From an uncultured Haloferula sp. (lineage in GTDB: Bacteria; Verrucomicrobiota; Verrucomicrobiia; Verrucomicrobiales; Akkermansiaceae): 64,000 nucleotides of DNA. Both the position numbers and the translations under genes were made by a program. Each line of letters opens with the position of its first letter. Position 1 is the first letter of the stretch. Below the pieces are notes generated by a model. It was not told the DNA's origin and made no database searches. It saw nothing but the letters and a program-made list of their open reading frames with translations. This document shows, piece after piece, positions 42,800-52,211 of this stretch. The stretch lies in NCBI GenBank assembly GCA_965652295.1, contig CBFGTS010000010.1, positions 120,544 to 184,543 of the forward strand, written 5' to 3'.

Positions 42800-44218
42800 T
42801 CACCCCGCCGGGACGAGCCGGACGATGCGGTGCGGATCGTTGAGGATCACGTAGAGGTAGCCGTCGGGGCCGGAGGCGACGTCGCGGACGCGGCCGATGT
42901 TTTTCAGCACCACTTCCTGCTCGGTGACCTTGTGGTCGATGATCCGCAGGCGACGGACTTCCTGCTGGGCCAGCGCCCCGGCGAAGAGGTCATTTTGCCA
43001 ACCGGGGAATTTGTCGCCGGCGTAGAAATCAAGGCCGCAGACGGCGATACTGGGTTGCCAGTAGATGACGGGCTGTTCCATGCCTTCCTTCTCGGTCTCG
43101 CCGGTGATCGGGGTGCCGTCGTAGTTCATGCCGTAGGTGATGACCGGCCAGCCGTAGTTTTTCCCGGGCTCGATGAGGTTCAGCTCGTCGCCGCCGCGCG
43201 GGCCGTGTTCGGTGGACCAGAGGGAGCCGTCGCGCGGGTCGAGGGCGAGGCCCTGCGGATTGCGGTGACCATAGGACCAGAGGCCTTTCACGGCACCGAG
43301 TTTCCTGACGAAGGGGTTGTCCTTTGGCTCGCGACCGTCGTCGAGGAGACGGTAGATCTTGCCCTTGGCATTCTTGATGTCCTGGGCCTGATGCCAGCCG
43401 CCGCGCTCGCCCACGGGGAAAAAGATGTAACCGTCCTTGAAGACGATCCGGGTTCCGAAGTGGACGCCATCGCCGCCGTAGAATTCGTCGTCGGCTTTCC
43501 ATATCTCCTCCTCATCGAGCCACTGGTGATCCTTGATGCGACCGCGGACGTATTTGGTGATGGTGCGGACTTTGCCGTCCTTCCGTTCGCCATCGGCGAA
43601 ACCGAGGTAAATCCAGCCGTTCTTCTCGTAGTCGGGGTGGACGGCGACCTCCATCAGGCCGCCTTGACCATGATGAATGACCTCGGGGGTGTCTACGATC
43701 GGTTTGGGATCGAGCTGGTCGTCGGCGCTGACGAGGCGGAGTTTTCCCGGGCGTTCGGTGACGAGCTTGCGGCCATCGGGGAGAAAGGCGATCGCCCACG
43801 GGATATCGAGACCGCCTTCGACGACCATCTCGATCTTGTAGTCCTCGTGATCGGTCTTGGTGACCTTGCCCGGCTCGGGTTTGGGAAACTCAATGCCCTT
43901 GGCCAGAGCGCTCTTTTCCTTCTCCCGGATGTAGATAACCAGCATGCGGATCTGGTCGTCGTTGAGGACGGTCTTGAACGGCGTCATGCCGAGCTGCAGG
44001 TTGCCCTCGGAAATGCTCTTGCGGATCTCGGCATCGGTGGCGCCGTGTTTCCATTCACCATCGATCAGCGAGCCACCGACGCCTGCATTGAGATCCTGGC
44101 CGTGGCAACTCGCGCAAAGGGTGTTGAAGAGCTGGTCCGCCTTCATCTTCGAGAAATCCGGAGCGTTCTGAGCGGAGGCGGCGACGACGAGGACGGCGGG
44201 CAGGAGGAGGCTTTTCAT
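42800..44218 (-). CDS. N-terminal cytochrome c + PQQ-dependent sugar dehydrogenase (GSDH/Asd family)
   Basis: Signal peptide MKSLLL, CASCH...LGMTP, then PWAIAFLPDG, GQGGL, WSYGHRNPQG, EHGPRGGDELN, NYGWPVITYG. Confidence 0.92.
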   Translation of the reverse strand: MKSLLLPAVLVVAASAQNAPDFSKMKADQLFNTLCASCHGQDLNAGVGGSLIDGEWKHGATDAEIRKSISEGNLQLGMTPFKTVLNDDQIRMLVIYIREKEKSALAKGIEFPKPEPGKVTKTDHEDYKIEMVVEGGLDIPWAIAFLPDGRKLVTERPGKLRLVSADDQLDPKPIVDTPEVIHHGQGGLMEVAVHPDYEKNGWIYLGFADGERKDGKVRTITKYVRGRIKDHQWLDEEEIWKADDEFYGGDGVHFGTRIVFKDGYIFFPVGERGGWHQAQDIKNAKGKIYRLLDDGREPKDNPFVRKLGAVKGLWSYGHRNPQGLALDPRDGSLWSTEHGPRGGDELNLIEPGKNYGWPVITYGMNYDGTPITGETEKEGMEQPVIYWQPSIAVCGLDFYAGDKFPGWQNDLFAGALAQQEVRRLRIIDHKVTEQEVVLKNIGRVRDVASGPDGYLYVILNDPHRIVRLVPAG

Positions 44219-44331
44219 GCGGTTGGAGTAGGATCTAGGCGGAATCTTACGCGGGGGAAAGGGGGAACGTTCCGAAAGAAATGCCCGAAAGGGGTATTGG
44301 CCGCGCATCCGGCTGGGGCAGGATCCAGACC

Positions 44332-45462
44332 ATGAAACGATGGCTGGTTTGCGTGGTCGTATTTTCCGCCGGCCTCGCGGCCCAGGAGCTGCGGCAGGGC
44401 AGGGTGTTCACGCCGGAGGAAGGCGCGGCGGACCTGGCGGAGCGGGCACGGGAGTATGCGGACCGGGAAGTGTGGGAAGCGAAGTCGGCGAAAATTCGTC
44501 GTGGAATCCTCGAGGGCGCGGAACTCTGGCCGCTGCCGGAGAAGTCGCCGCTGAAGCCGATCCGTCACTCACGACGTGAAGAGGACGGCTACACGGTGGA
44601 AAACGTGGCTTTCCAGAGCTATCCGGGTTTCTGGGTGACGGGAAACCTCTACCTGCCGGTGGAGCGGGAAAGCATGCCGTTGATGCTGTGCCCGCACGGT
44701 CACTGGGGCACCGACGTGCTGGCGGAGCACGGGCGCTTCCGCGAGGACATGCAGAAACGCTGCGGGGCGATGGCGCGGATGGGATGCGCGGTGTTGGCGT
44801 GGGACGCGGTGGGTTACGGCGAGTCGATGAAGATGGGTTGGAAGCACGACTTCTGCGACGAGGTGCTGCGGATCCACCTGTGGAGTGCGATCCGGGCGCT
44901 GGATTTCCTGTGGGAAATGGACAGCGCGGATCGATCACGGATCGGCGTGACCGGGGCCTCGGGCGGGGGGACGCTGGCGATGCAGCTGGCGGCGGTGGAC
45001 AGGCGGGTGACGCTGTCGGCGCCGTGCGCGATGATGTCGTCGTATTTCTATGGTGGCTGCGATTGCGAGAGCGGCATGCCGGTCCATGTGCGGCCGGGGC
45101 ACGTGACGAACCCGGTGGAGATCGGGGCGGTCATCGCGCCGAAGCCACTGCTGGTGATTTCCGATGGCGGTGATTGGACCGCGCACGTGCCGCAGGACGT
45201 GATGCCGCATCTGGAACGGATCTACGGCTTTTATGGTAGCTCAGGAAACGTGGAGAACGCCCATTTCCCCGAGGGGAAACATGATTACGGTGAGGACAAG
45301 CGGCGGGCGCTCTACGACTTCCTGGCCAAGCACTGGGGGCTTGATCGCTCCCGGGCGGATGAGGAGAAGGTGGCGGTGGTCCCGGCGGAGGAGCTACGCG
45401 TCTTCGGGGAGGGTGAGCCTTTGCCCGAGGGAACGGTGCCGGCGAACACGGTGGTCAGGTGA
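44332..45462 (+). CDS. Secreted alpha/beta hydrolase (acetylxylan esterase-like)
   Basis: GYTVENV, VTGNLYLP, PHGH, nucleophile elbow GVTGASGGG, GCDCE, APKPLL, HDY. Confidence 0.85.
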   Translation: MKRWLVCVVVFSAGLAAQELRQGRVFTPEEGAADLAERAREYADREVWEAKSAKIRRGILEGAELWPLPEKSPLKPIRHSRREEDGYTVENVAFQSYPGFWVTGNLYLPVERESMPLMLCPHGHWGTDVLAEHGRFREDMQKRCGAMARMGCAVLAWDAVGYGESMKMGWKHDFCDEVLRIHLWSAIRALDFLWEMDSADRSRIGVTGASGGGTLAMQLAAVDRRVTLSAPCAMMSSYFYGGCDCESGMPVHVRPGHVTNPVEIGAVIAPKPLLVISDGGDWTAHVPQDVMPHLERIYGFYGSSGNVENAHFPEGKHDYGEDKRRALYDFLAKHWGLDRSRADEEKVAVVPAEELRVFGEGEPLPEGTVPANTVVR

Positions 45463-47508
45463 CTAAAAGGCCCACTCCGCGGTGAGCCAGAAGGCCCGGG
45501 GTTGGCCATAGGAGCGGAGGCCGTTGCCGGCGAGCGCGGTGGGGACGTCTTCATCGAAGAGATTCTCGATGCGGCCGTGGAGCGTGAGGCGCTCGGTGGC
45601 TTGCCAGCTCGCGCCGAGTCGGATGGTGGTGTAGCTCGGGAGTTCGAGCTGGCCGAGTTCGTCGTCGTATCGCGAAGCACCGTATTCGACGCCGGTGAAA
45701 AAACTCCATCGCTCGGTGGTGCGAACCTCGACATTGCCGAGCACACGCAGCTCCGGGGCGAGGGGGAACGCCCGGCCTTGGAGAAGGGGCTGGGATTTCG
45801 AGGAGGTGAACTCGGTTTCCGACCACAAGGCATCGAGCCGGAGCGTCCAGAAATCGTCGGGCGTCCAGGAGGCGGAGGTCTGGATGCCGTAGACGCGGGC
45901 TTCATCGACGTTCTGCCGCTGAGCGCCGGTGCCGCCGGGCGGGAGGGTGCCGAAGAGGGCGGCGATCTGCGCGGGATCGGTGACGGGGACATTGGCGATG
46001 GCGTCGCGGATCCAGTGGTGAAACGCGGTCGCGCCCAGCGTCACGCAGGGGTTGGGTGTCCATTCGAGACCGCCCTCGATGCTGTAGAATCGCTCGGGAT
46101 CGAGCGCGGGGTTGGCCTCGGTGAGGTCGTTGCGGACGCGGTAGGGGCGGTGGAGCTCGTTGAGCGTGGGCAGGCGATAGCTGGTGGAGAGGGACAAGCT
46201 GCCGAGCAGGGAGTCGCTGAGATCGTGCTGCAAGGTGAGCGCGGCGGAGGGTTCCCAGTCGTCGCGCTTGGCGGGATAGGCGGCCGTCAGCAGCGCGCCG
46301 GTGGAAAGGGAGCGCTCGATGCGTTTCCCATCGCTCAACGACCAGTGATCGAGCCGGAGGGCCGCATCGAGGCGGGTTTCCGGCGCGGGCTCCCAGTGGG
46401 CGGTGGTGAAGATGCCGGCGAGCGATTGCGAGCCGCCGGCGACGCGGCGGCGGAAGGTGCCGGCGTCCTCGTTGGTCTCCCCGCGAAGCAGCCGGAGATC
46501 GGTGCCGAGGGTGAACTCGAGCGAGTCGCGGATTTCCCGGCGGACGGTGAAGGCCCCGCCGATGCCCTCGCCGGGGACGTCGAATTGATTCAAAGCGATG
46601 GTTTCCGCGGAGCGCGGGACATTGACCGAGGTGAAGGTGGAGCCGAACCGGCGGCGTTGGTAGTAGCCGAGAAGCTGCCAGGAAAGGCCGGCATCGTCGG
46701 AGGTGATCCGCAGCGAGGCATCGACGGCTTCGGTGCGGTTGAAGGCGAGCGGGGTGCCGTTGTTACGGCGCTCCTCGTAGTAGGAAACGGCGGGCTCGAC
46801 GGTGAGCCAGGCGTCGGGACGCCAGATGGCTCGGAGATCGGCCCCGGCGAGGTTGAGCGCGAGGCGTTGGTCGATGGGGCCGCGCTGCCATTCCGGAAGC
46901 ACCTGAAAGCCATCGCTGTGCAGCGCGAAAGTGTGGAGTGAGACACCGAGGGTGGCGTCGGGATTGACGAGGTCTCCGGAAATCGAGCCACCGTAGGTGC
47001 CGTGGGATCCGGCGGTGATGCGGAGCAGCGCGCGGTTGGCGTCGATTTCCCGCCGGGTGAGCTGGATGGTGCCGGCCGGGCTCAGGTTCCCCCACGCGGC
47101 GGAGCGGGCGGCGGGGATGATGGCCGCGGACTCCAGGGTGGAGGGATCGAAGCGCGCCCATTCGACCCACCCGCCGAAGGGATCGTTCTGCGGGATGCCA
47201 TCGCGCAGGACGAGTGTGCGGGAGGCGGCGGTGGCGCCGGTATTGCGCAGGCTGACGCCGGCGGAGGTGGGGTGGGAAAGCAGACCGGACTGGGTGCGAT
47301 AGAGCGAGAACGAAGGGTCGGTGGCGAGCAACTCGTCGAGAGTGCGCGGGGCGAAATCGGCGATGGTTTCCGCGGACCACTCGGTGGCGGAGGAAACCGA
47401 AGAGTCGCGGCGCTCGGCCAGGACGACGGTGGCGGGAAGGGCACCCGGGGTTTGCGCGGCGGCCGGGAGAGCCAGGACGAGGAAAAGCCTCTTGGCTGGG
47501 AAGAGCAT
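45463..47508 (-). CDS. TonB-dependent receptor
   Basis: Plug motif RTLVLRDGIPQNDPFGGW, YRLPTLNELHRP, NPALDPE, IENLFD, C-terminal Phe. Confidence 0.9.
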   Translation of the reverse strand: MLFPAKRLFLVLALPAAAQTPGALPATVVLAERRDSSVSSATEWSAETIADFAPRTLDELLATDPSFSLYRTQSGLLSHPTSAGVSLRNTGATAASRTLVLRDGIPQNDPFGGWVEWARFDPSTLESAAIIPAARSAAWGNLSPAGTIQLTRREIDANRALLRITAGSHGTYGGSISGDLVNPDATLGVSLHTFALHSDGFQVLPEWQRGPIDQRLALNLAGADLRAIWRPDAWLTVEPAVSYYEERRNNGTPLAFNRTEAVDASLRITSDDAGLSWQLLGYYQRRRFGSTFTSVNVPRSAETIALNQFDVPGEGIGGAFTVRREIRDSLEFTLGTDLRLLRGETNEDAGTFRRRVAGGSQSLAGIFTTAHWEPAPETRLDAALRLDHWSLSDGKRIERSLSTGALLTAAYPAKRDDWEPSAALTLQHDLSDSLLGSLSLSTSYRLPTLNELHRPYRVRNDLTEANPALDPERFYSIEGGLEWTPNPCVTLGATAFHHWIRDAIANVPVTDPAQIAALFGTLPPGGTGAQRQNVDEARVYGIQTSASWTPDDFWTLRLDALWSETEFTSSKSQPLLQGRAFPLAPELRVLGNVEVRTTERWSFFTGVEYGASRYDDELGQLELPSYTTIRLGASWQATERLTLHGRIENLFDEDVPTALAGNGLRSYGQPRAFWLTAEWAF

Positions 47509-47521
47509 GCCGGAGGATAAA

Positions 47522-47572
47522 GTTGCGGCAGGATGTCGCAACCACGGCCTGCGGCAGGATGCCGCAGCCACC
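47522..47572 (-). repeat. Two tandem REP-like palindromes (GTGG foot)
   Basis: Minus strand GTGGCTGCGGCATCCTGCCGCAG and GTGGTTGCGACATCCTGCCGCAAC. Confidence 0.75.
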
Positions 47573-47575
47573 GTG

Positions 47576-48193
47576 TTAGTAGCCGCGCCAGAAAAGCAGG
47601 GCGCAGGTGATGACCAGCGCTCCGTAGGCCAGGCCGATGAGGCTGAGGGTTTTCCAGCGCGCCTGGCTGGCGGCGGCCCAGCTGACGAGATCGCGGAAAA
47701 GGTAGGGCATGCCGACCCAGTAGAGGGAGGCGATGATCATACCGTAGGTCCAGAGCGGAATCAAAATGCGGCTCTGCGGGTCTTTCAAGAACGCCGATTC
47801 GAGCAGCGGCGCGGCGGCCATCAGGCCGAGCAAGCCGAGGGCGCGGACGGCGAGGAATTCCTTGATGGCGATGGAGAGGCCGACGATCAGCACCGGCACC
47901 AGGATGCGCAGCAGCGGCTTGGTCGCGTTGAATTGGTCGCCGAGGTCCATGGCGAGGGCGTGCAGCGGGCCGCGACCGGGCTTGGCGACGAGGAGCCAGA
48001 ACCAGATCAGCCCGATCCCGATGAGGACCTGCCCGAGCTGCTGGTTGCGCGGGAACTTTTTCAGAAATCCCTGCACCGGCTGTGCCTTGAGCAGCATCAG
48101 GAGGTGCAGCGCGATGAGAAACAGGCCGAAGATCAGACCGGTGCCGAAAAGCGGGAGCTTCTCGTAGGGGTGCATCGCTTGGGCGGGATCCAT
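47576..48193 (-). CDS. Hypothetical integral membrane protein
   Basis: About 6 TM segments from MDPAQAMHPYE. Motifs FPRN, EFLAVRALG, WVGMPYLFRD. Confidence 0.75.
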   Translation of the reverse strand: MDPAQAMHPYEKLPLFGTGLIFGLFLIALHLLMLLKAQPVQGFLKKFPRNQQLGQVLIGIGLIWFWLLVAKPGRGPLHALAMDLGDQFNATKPLLRILVPVLIVGLSIAIKEFLAVRALGLLGLMAAAPLLESAFLKDPQSRILIPLWTYGMIIASLYWVGMPYLFRDLVSWAAASQARWKTLSLIGLAYGALVITCALLFWRGY

Positions 48194-48397
48194 GTGGGGA
48201 CGGGGATTACGGCACCGGCCGGGGACCGACAAGGCGGAAGTCGGGGAGGACGGGGCGATCGCCACCGCCCGCCACTGGGTTTGCCGATGTCCCTCCGCAA
48301 AGTTGACGTTCGAACTCGTGGCTGGTAGTTCCCGAGCCTTGGGATTTCGGTAAAAGCCGGAACAAGCACGATCGACAAACCCTTTTTCAACCTCGCC

Positions 48398-48628
48398 ATG
48401 CCCAGCATCATCCGGATCGCGCTTGGAATTGCCGTTGTGATCGGCGCGTTTTTCATCAAAGGCAAGGCCTCGCCTGGTGAGGGAGGCGAAGGCGTCGCCA
48501 CCACCTTCTATCTGTTTGGGAACCAAGTCTCGCCCTTAACGGTCAACCTGGTCTTTGGGGCGTTCGCGATCGCCGGCGTGGTGATGATCGCGCTCGGCGT
48601 GATGGGTTTGGTGAAGCGGGGCCAATAG
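48398..48628 (+). CDS. Small membrane protein
   Basis: 76 aa with two hydrophobic helices. Confidence 0.6.
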   Translation: MPSIIRIALGIAVVIGAFFIKGKASPGEGGEGVATTFYLFGNQVSPLTVNLVFGAFAIAGVVMIALGVMGLVKRGQ

Positions 48629-48675
48629 CGCGGAAGTTCGATGGCGGGCGGCCAGTTGTGCGTGTGCGGGAAATC

Positions 48676-49071
48676 ATGTCCCTCTCATCAAAACGGTTCA
48701 TCGCCACGGCGATGATGCTTGCGATCAGTGCCTCGATTGGAGGTCTGATGTGGAGTCAGCAGCTCGAGAAAGTGAAGGCGGAGCGTGCCAGGCATTTCAT
48801 CAGCATCTACTACCTGGCGATGGAAGCCTCCCGCGGTGCGGACCCGGTGGGGGCGAAGAATTACGAAACTCTCCTTGAGCCGTTTGGTGGTAGGGATTCC
48901 GCACTGGGAAAGCCATTTTCTGACGGACTGGTTTTCCGGCAGGAGGGCGATTCGTTTGTGTTGGAAGAGCCCAAAGCACGATGTGTTTCGTTGTTTCGCC
49001 CCGACCGCTTGGTCGCCACGGATCGAAGATGGCCGCGGTGGGAGGCCAGCGGCGAACCTGCGCGGAAATGA
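48676..49071 (+). CDS. Hypothetical protein with N-terminal TM segment
   Basis: ORF 48658..49071, likely start MSLSSK. No recognised motif. Confidence 0.5.
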   Translation: MSLSSKRFIATAMMLAISASIGGLMWSQQLEKVKAERARHFISIYYLAMEASRGADPVGAKNYETLLEPFGGRDSALGKPFSDGLVFRQEGDSFVLEEPKARCVSLFRPDRLVATDRRWPRWEASGEPARK

Positions 49072-49412
49072 ACGGGTATGATCCGCACGCGGAGTAGCAG
49101 GAAAGCTGGTCCCGAAGACGGCCGGTCATCCCGGTTCGATGGAGTTTCGTCTTAGTCTTCGGATTCGTCGGTTGCTTCGCGGTCCTTCGTCCGGATCGGC
49201 GTGAGAGTCATCGTTCCGACATCGTGGACGGTCACCGAGAGTTCATCCTCTGACCAATGGGCGAATGACCGTCTTTTGGCCACGATTCATTGGCATTGCC
49301 CCGGAGCATGAGCTGGCTCCGCCCGTCGGTCCGTGAAGCGATGGGCCTGCAGCATTTTCCCGCCAAGGAGCTTTAACGGGCCGTTCGAAATCCTCGTTTT
49401 TCCTCGGCGAAA

Positions 49413-49585
49413 CCTCCGTGTATTCGATTTGCTGAAAGGGGACGCCTGAAGAGCAGCGGCGTCAGAAAGAGCTGCTGAGCCGGGGACGACTGAAGGTTTT
49501 CGCTCCGCAGTGGATCGGAGAGCTGCCTGCTAAACCATCCCAGCGTTGAGGTTCAAACTGGCGCACCCGTATTTCCGAACGGAGG
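49413..49585 (-). ncRNA. ssrS: Probable 6S RNA
   Basis: About 173-nt intergenic rod. Terminal CCTCCG/CGGAGG stem, GGGTGCGCC/GGCGTCCCC stem, 5' GCCAGTTTGAACC resembling the 6S GCCAGT..TGARCC element, central bubble, apical CTCCG/CGGAG stem. G-U pairs favour the minus strand. Confidence 0.6.
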
Positions 49586-49744
49586 ATTCGAGTCCGGGAT
49601 CGGCGTCAAAGGGACGGAATCCGGGGAGTTGGGGGTTTGAAGTAAGAAGGGGGGTCGCCGCGGTTTGCGAGAGCGCCGGCCGGCTGAGGTTCTTCGACAT
49701 TTCTTGCGAAACTTTGATGGGCTTCCACGTATGCTTCGCGAGTC

Positions 49745-52081
49745 ATGTCTTGCTCCAAAACCCTCCTCGCCGCCCTGAGTCTGATGCCGCTGTTAGGGGC
49801 GGCGGAAACGAAAACCTACCGGCTGGACGAACTGGAATTCGGGGACGCAACGACGGGATTCGGGCAGATTCAGAGAAACCGTTCCGTCAGCGAAAAACCT
49901 CTGAGTTTGGCAGGGAAGAAATTCGCTCACGGCCTCGGGGTCCACGCGCCGAGCGAGCTGGCGTTCGAATTGGATGGAGGGGCGGCGGCGTTCAAAGCCG
50001 TGGTGGGAGTGGACGATGGGCCCGAGGAAGAAGGCTCGGTGGTGTTCCAGGTGGTGGCGGATGGTAAGGTGGTTTTTGACAGCGACGTGATGCGCAAGGG
50101 GGATGCGCCGAAGGCCGTCGAACTCGACCTGGCCGGAGTGAAAAAGGTCGTCTTGAAGGTGACGGACGCGGGGGATGGGAAGAACTTCGATCATGCGAAC
50201 TGGGCGGAAGCAGGGTTTTCCGTGGAAGGAGAGGCTCCGACCGGAACGAGCTGGTGGAAAAGGGAGGTGCCAGAATTGGCGGCGGCGGGACCGGGAAACG
50301 GCCAGGCGGAGGTCACCAGTCCGGATCGTGGCCAGGCTTTCAAGGTCATCGAGTCGGACGGGCAACTGTATCTTGCCGTCGACGGGCTCGAGGCGATGCC
50401 CCTGGGCGTGACGGTGGATGGGGTGCGCTATGGCTCGGGCAGCCGCATCGACGGTATCGAGAACTACGAGGTCAATGAGCGCTATCCGTGGTTTGGCAAT
50501 GTGAGGGAGATGACCAACCGCTGCCACGGCCGACGTTTCGCCTGCCGGACGGGTGACAGGAAATGGACGCTGGAGGTGCGGGCTTACGACGACGGGATCG
50601 CGTGGCGCTATGTGATCCCCGGATCAGGAAAACGGAGGGTGGAGGGCGAGACGACCGCCTTCGTCCTGCCGGAGGGTGCGAAGTACTGGAGTCACCATAA
50701 TACCGCCAATTACGAGGCGAATTTCGAGGTGTTCGAGGCCACGGGGAGTCGCGTGGGCAAGCCGGTCACGATGCCGGTAACGGTGGAATTGCCGCAAGGG
50801 GGATACGCCTGCGTCACCGAGGCCGGAATCATGGGCTACAGCGGCATGACGCTGGGCCCGGTGGGGAACACCCTGTGCGGGATCTTCGAAGACGATCAGG
50901 ACGGCTGGGAAATGTCGGGAGAAATTGCCACGCCATGGCGGATCGTGATTCTCGCGGACAGCCTCACCGAGTTGGTGAACCAAAGTATCGTCTACAATGT
51001 GTGTCCTCCTCCCTCGGGCGATTTGTTTCCGGACGGGCGGGATGCTTCGTGGATTGAACCGGGCCGGGCGTTCTGGACGTGGGGATTCGGGCTCTGGGAC
51101 TCGGCCAAGTGGGATGGAATCCTGGGATACGTGGATGACGCGGCGGCTCTGAACTGCCGGTATTTCACGATCGATGACCCTTGGCGCGACCCGAGAATGG
51201 GCTGGCATCGGAACGGTGGGGATGAATGGGACAGCTTGAAGGAGGTCTGTGATTACGCGGAGACCCGGAACGTGAAGATCATGGTCTGGGAGCACTGGGA
51301 GAAGATCCGCGATGAAAAGACGCGTGAACGGTTTTTCAAGGACGTGGCCAAGGCCGGCGCGGCCGGGGTGAAGCTGGATTTCATGGATAACGAGAGCCAT
51401 GAGCGGCTTGAGTTCTACCGCTCCTGTCTGGAGCTCGGGGCAAAACATCGCGTGTTGATCAATTTTCACGGAGCGAACAAGCCCGCTGGAGAGGAGAGGA
51501 CGTGGCCGCACCTGATGACCCGTGAGGCGATCTATGGCGGGGAGCAGGGCGGAAACATCGAGCGTCGGCACCTGGCAGCGCTGCCGTTTACGCGATTGGT
51601 GACCGGACCGGCCGACTACACTCCGGCCGTGTTGCGGCCGGACCCGATGGGCAGAACCACGACGGGTTCCCAATTGGCAGGGGCAGTGGCGCTGAATTCT
51701 CCGATCTGCCACTGGTGCGACAGCGCGGAGGTGTACCAACAGCAACCCTCCGAGGTGTTGGATTTCATCCGCACCAAGCCGGTGGTCTGGGACGAATACC
51801 TGGTGCTGCCGCAAAGCAGGATCGGAGATCTGGCGGTGGTGGCCCGGCGGGATGGAGACGACTGGTGGGTGGCGGGAATCAACGGTCGGGACGAAGCGCG
51901 GGAGTATGGGCTGAACTTGGACTTCCTGAAGGAAGGCGAATGGTCGACGGTGATTTATCAGGACGAGCCGGGCGATAAAACGAAACTCGGAATCAGGAAG
52001 TCGCGGGCGGATCCCGGCGAGACAGTCCCACTGACTCTTCAGCCGGGCGGTGGCTTCGTGGTGATCCTGCGGAAGTCGTGA
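49745..52081 (+). CDS. Glycoside hydrolase family 97 with N-terminal NPCBM domain
   Basis: GLGVHAPS..FKAVVGVDD..DHANWAEA (NPCBM). VRAYDDGIAWRY, TPWR, SWIEPG, GVKLDFMD, NFHGANKPAGEERTWP, LPFTRLVTGPADYTP (GH97). Confidence 0.9.
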   Translation: MSCSKTLLAALSLMPLLGAAETKTYRLDELEFGDATTGFGQIQRNRSVSEKPLSLAGKKFAHGLGVHAPSELAFELDGGAAAFKAVVGVDDGPEEEGSVVFQVVADGKVVFDSDVMRKGDAPKAVELDLAGVKKVVLKVTDAGDGKNFDHANWAEAGFSVEGEAPTGTSWWKREVPELAAAGPGNGQAEVTSPDRGQAFKVIESDGQLYLAVDGLEAMPLGVTVDGVRYGSGSRIDGIENYEVNERYPWFGNVREMTNRCHGRRFACRTGDRKWTLEVRAYDDGIAWRYVIPGSGKRRVEGETTAFVLPEGAKYWSHHNTANYEANFEVFEATGSRVGKPVTMPVTVELPQGGYACVTEAGIMGYSGMTLGPVGNTLCGIFEDDQDGWEMSGEIATPWRIVILADSLTELVNQSIVYNVCPPPSGDLFPDGRDASWIEPGRAFWTWGFGLWDSAKWDGILGYVDDAAALNCRYFTIDDPWRDPRMGWHRNGGDEWDSLKEVCDYAETRNVKIMVWEHWEKIRDEKTRERFFKDVAKAGAAGVKLDFMDNESHERLEFYRSCLELGAKHRVLINFHGANKPAGEERTWPHLMTREAIYGGEQGGNIERRHLAALPFTRLVTGPADYTPAVLRPDPMGRTTTGSQLAGAVALNSPICHWCDSAEVYQQQPSEVLDFIRTKPVVWDEYLVLPQSRIGDLAVVARRDGDDWWVAGINGRDEAREYGLNLDFLKEGEWSTVIYQDEPGDKTKLGIRKSRADPGETVPLTLQPGGGFVVILRKS

Positions 52082-52211
52082 AGTTCGTGCCCCGGGGCGT
52101 TTCCCGATGGATGCGGCGATGGGTGTGACGAACGATCAGAAACCGCAGAATCCCTGGCGGATGAAATCGCCTTGAGGTTTGGGCAGCACCGCTTTCCTTC
52201 GTCCCACGCGC

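Noticed and set aside
49152..49283. 43-codon minus-strand ORF (VAKRRSFAHWSEDELSVTV...)
   Set aside because: Short, GTG start with no RBS and no motif. It may be a gene fragment but cannot be supported.
49420..49640. tRNA, tmRNA or glycine riboswitch reading of the structured region
   Set aside because: The GGATTCGAGTCC T-arm-like stretch has no cloverleaf or CCA end, and glycine aptamer motifs are incomplete. A 6S-like rod fits better.
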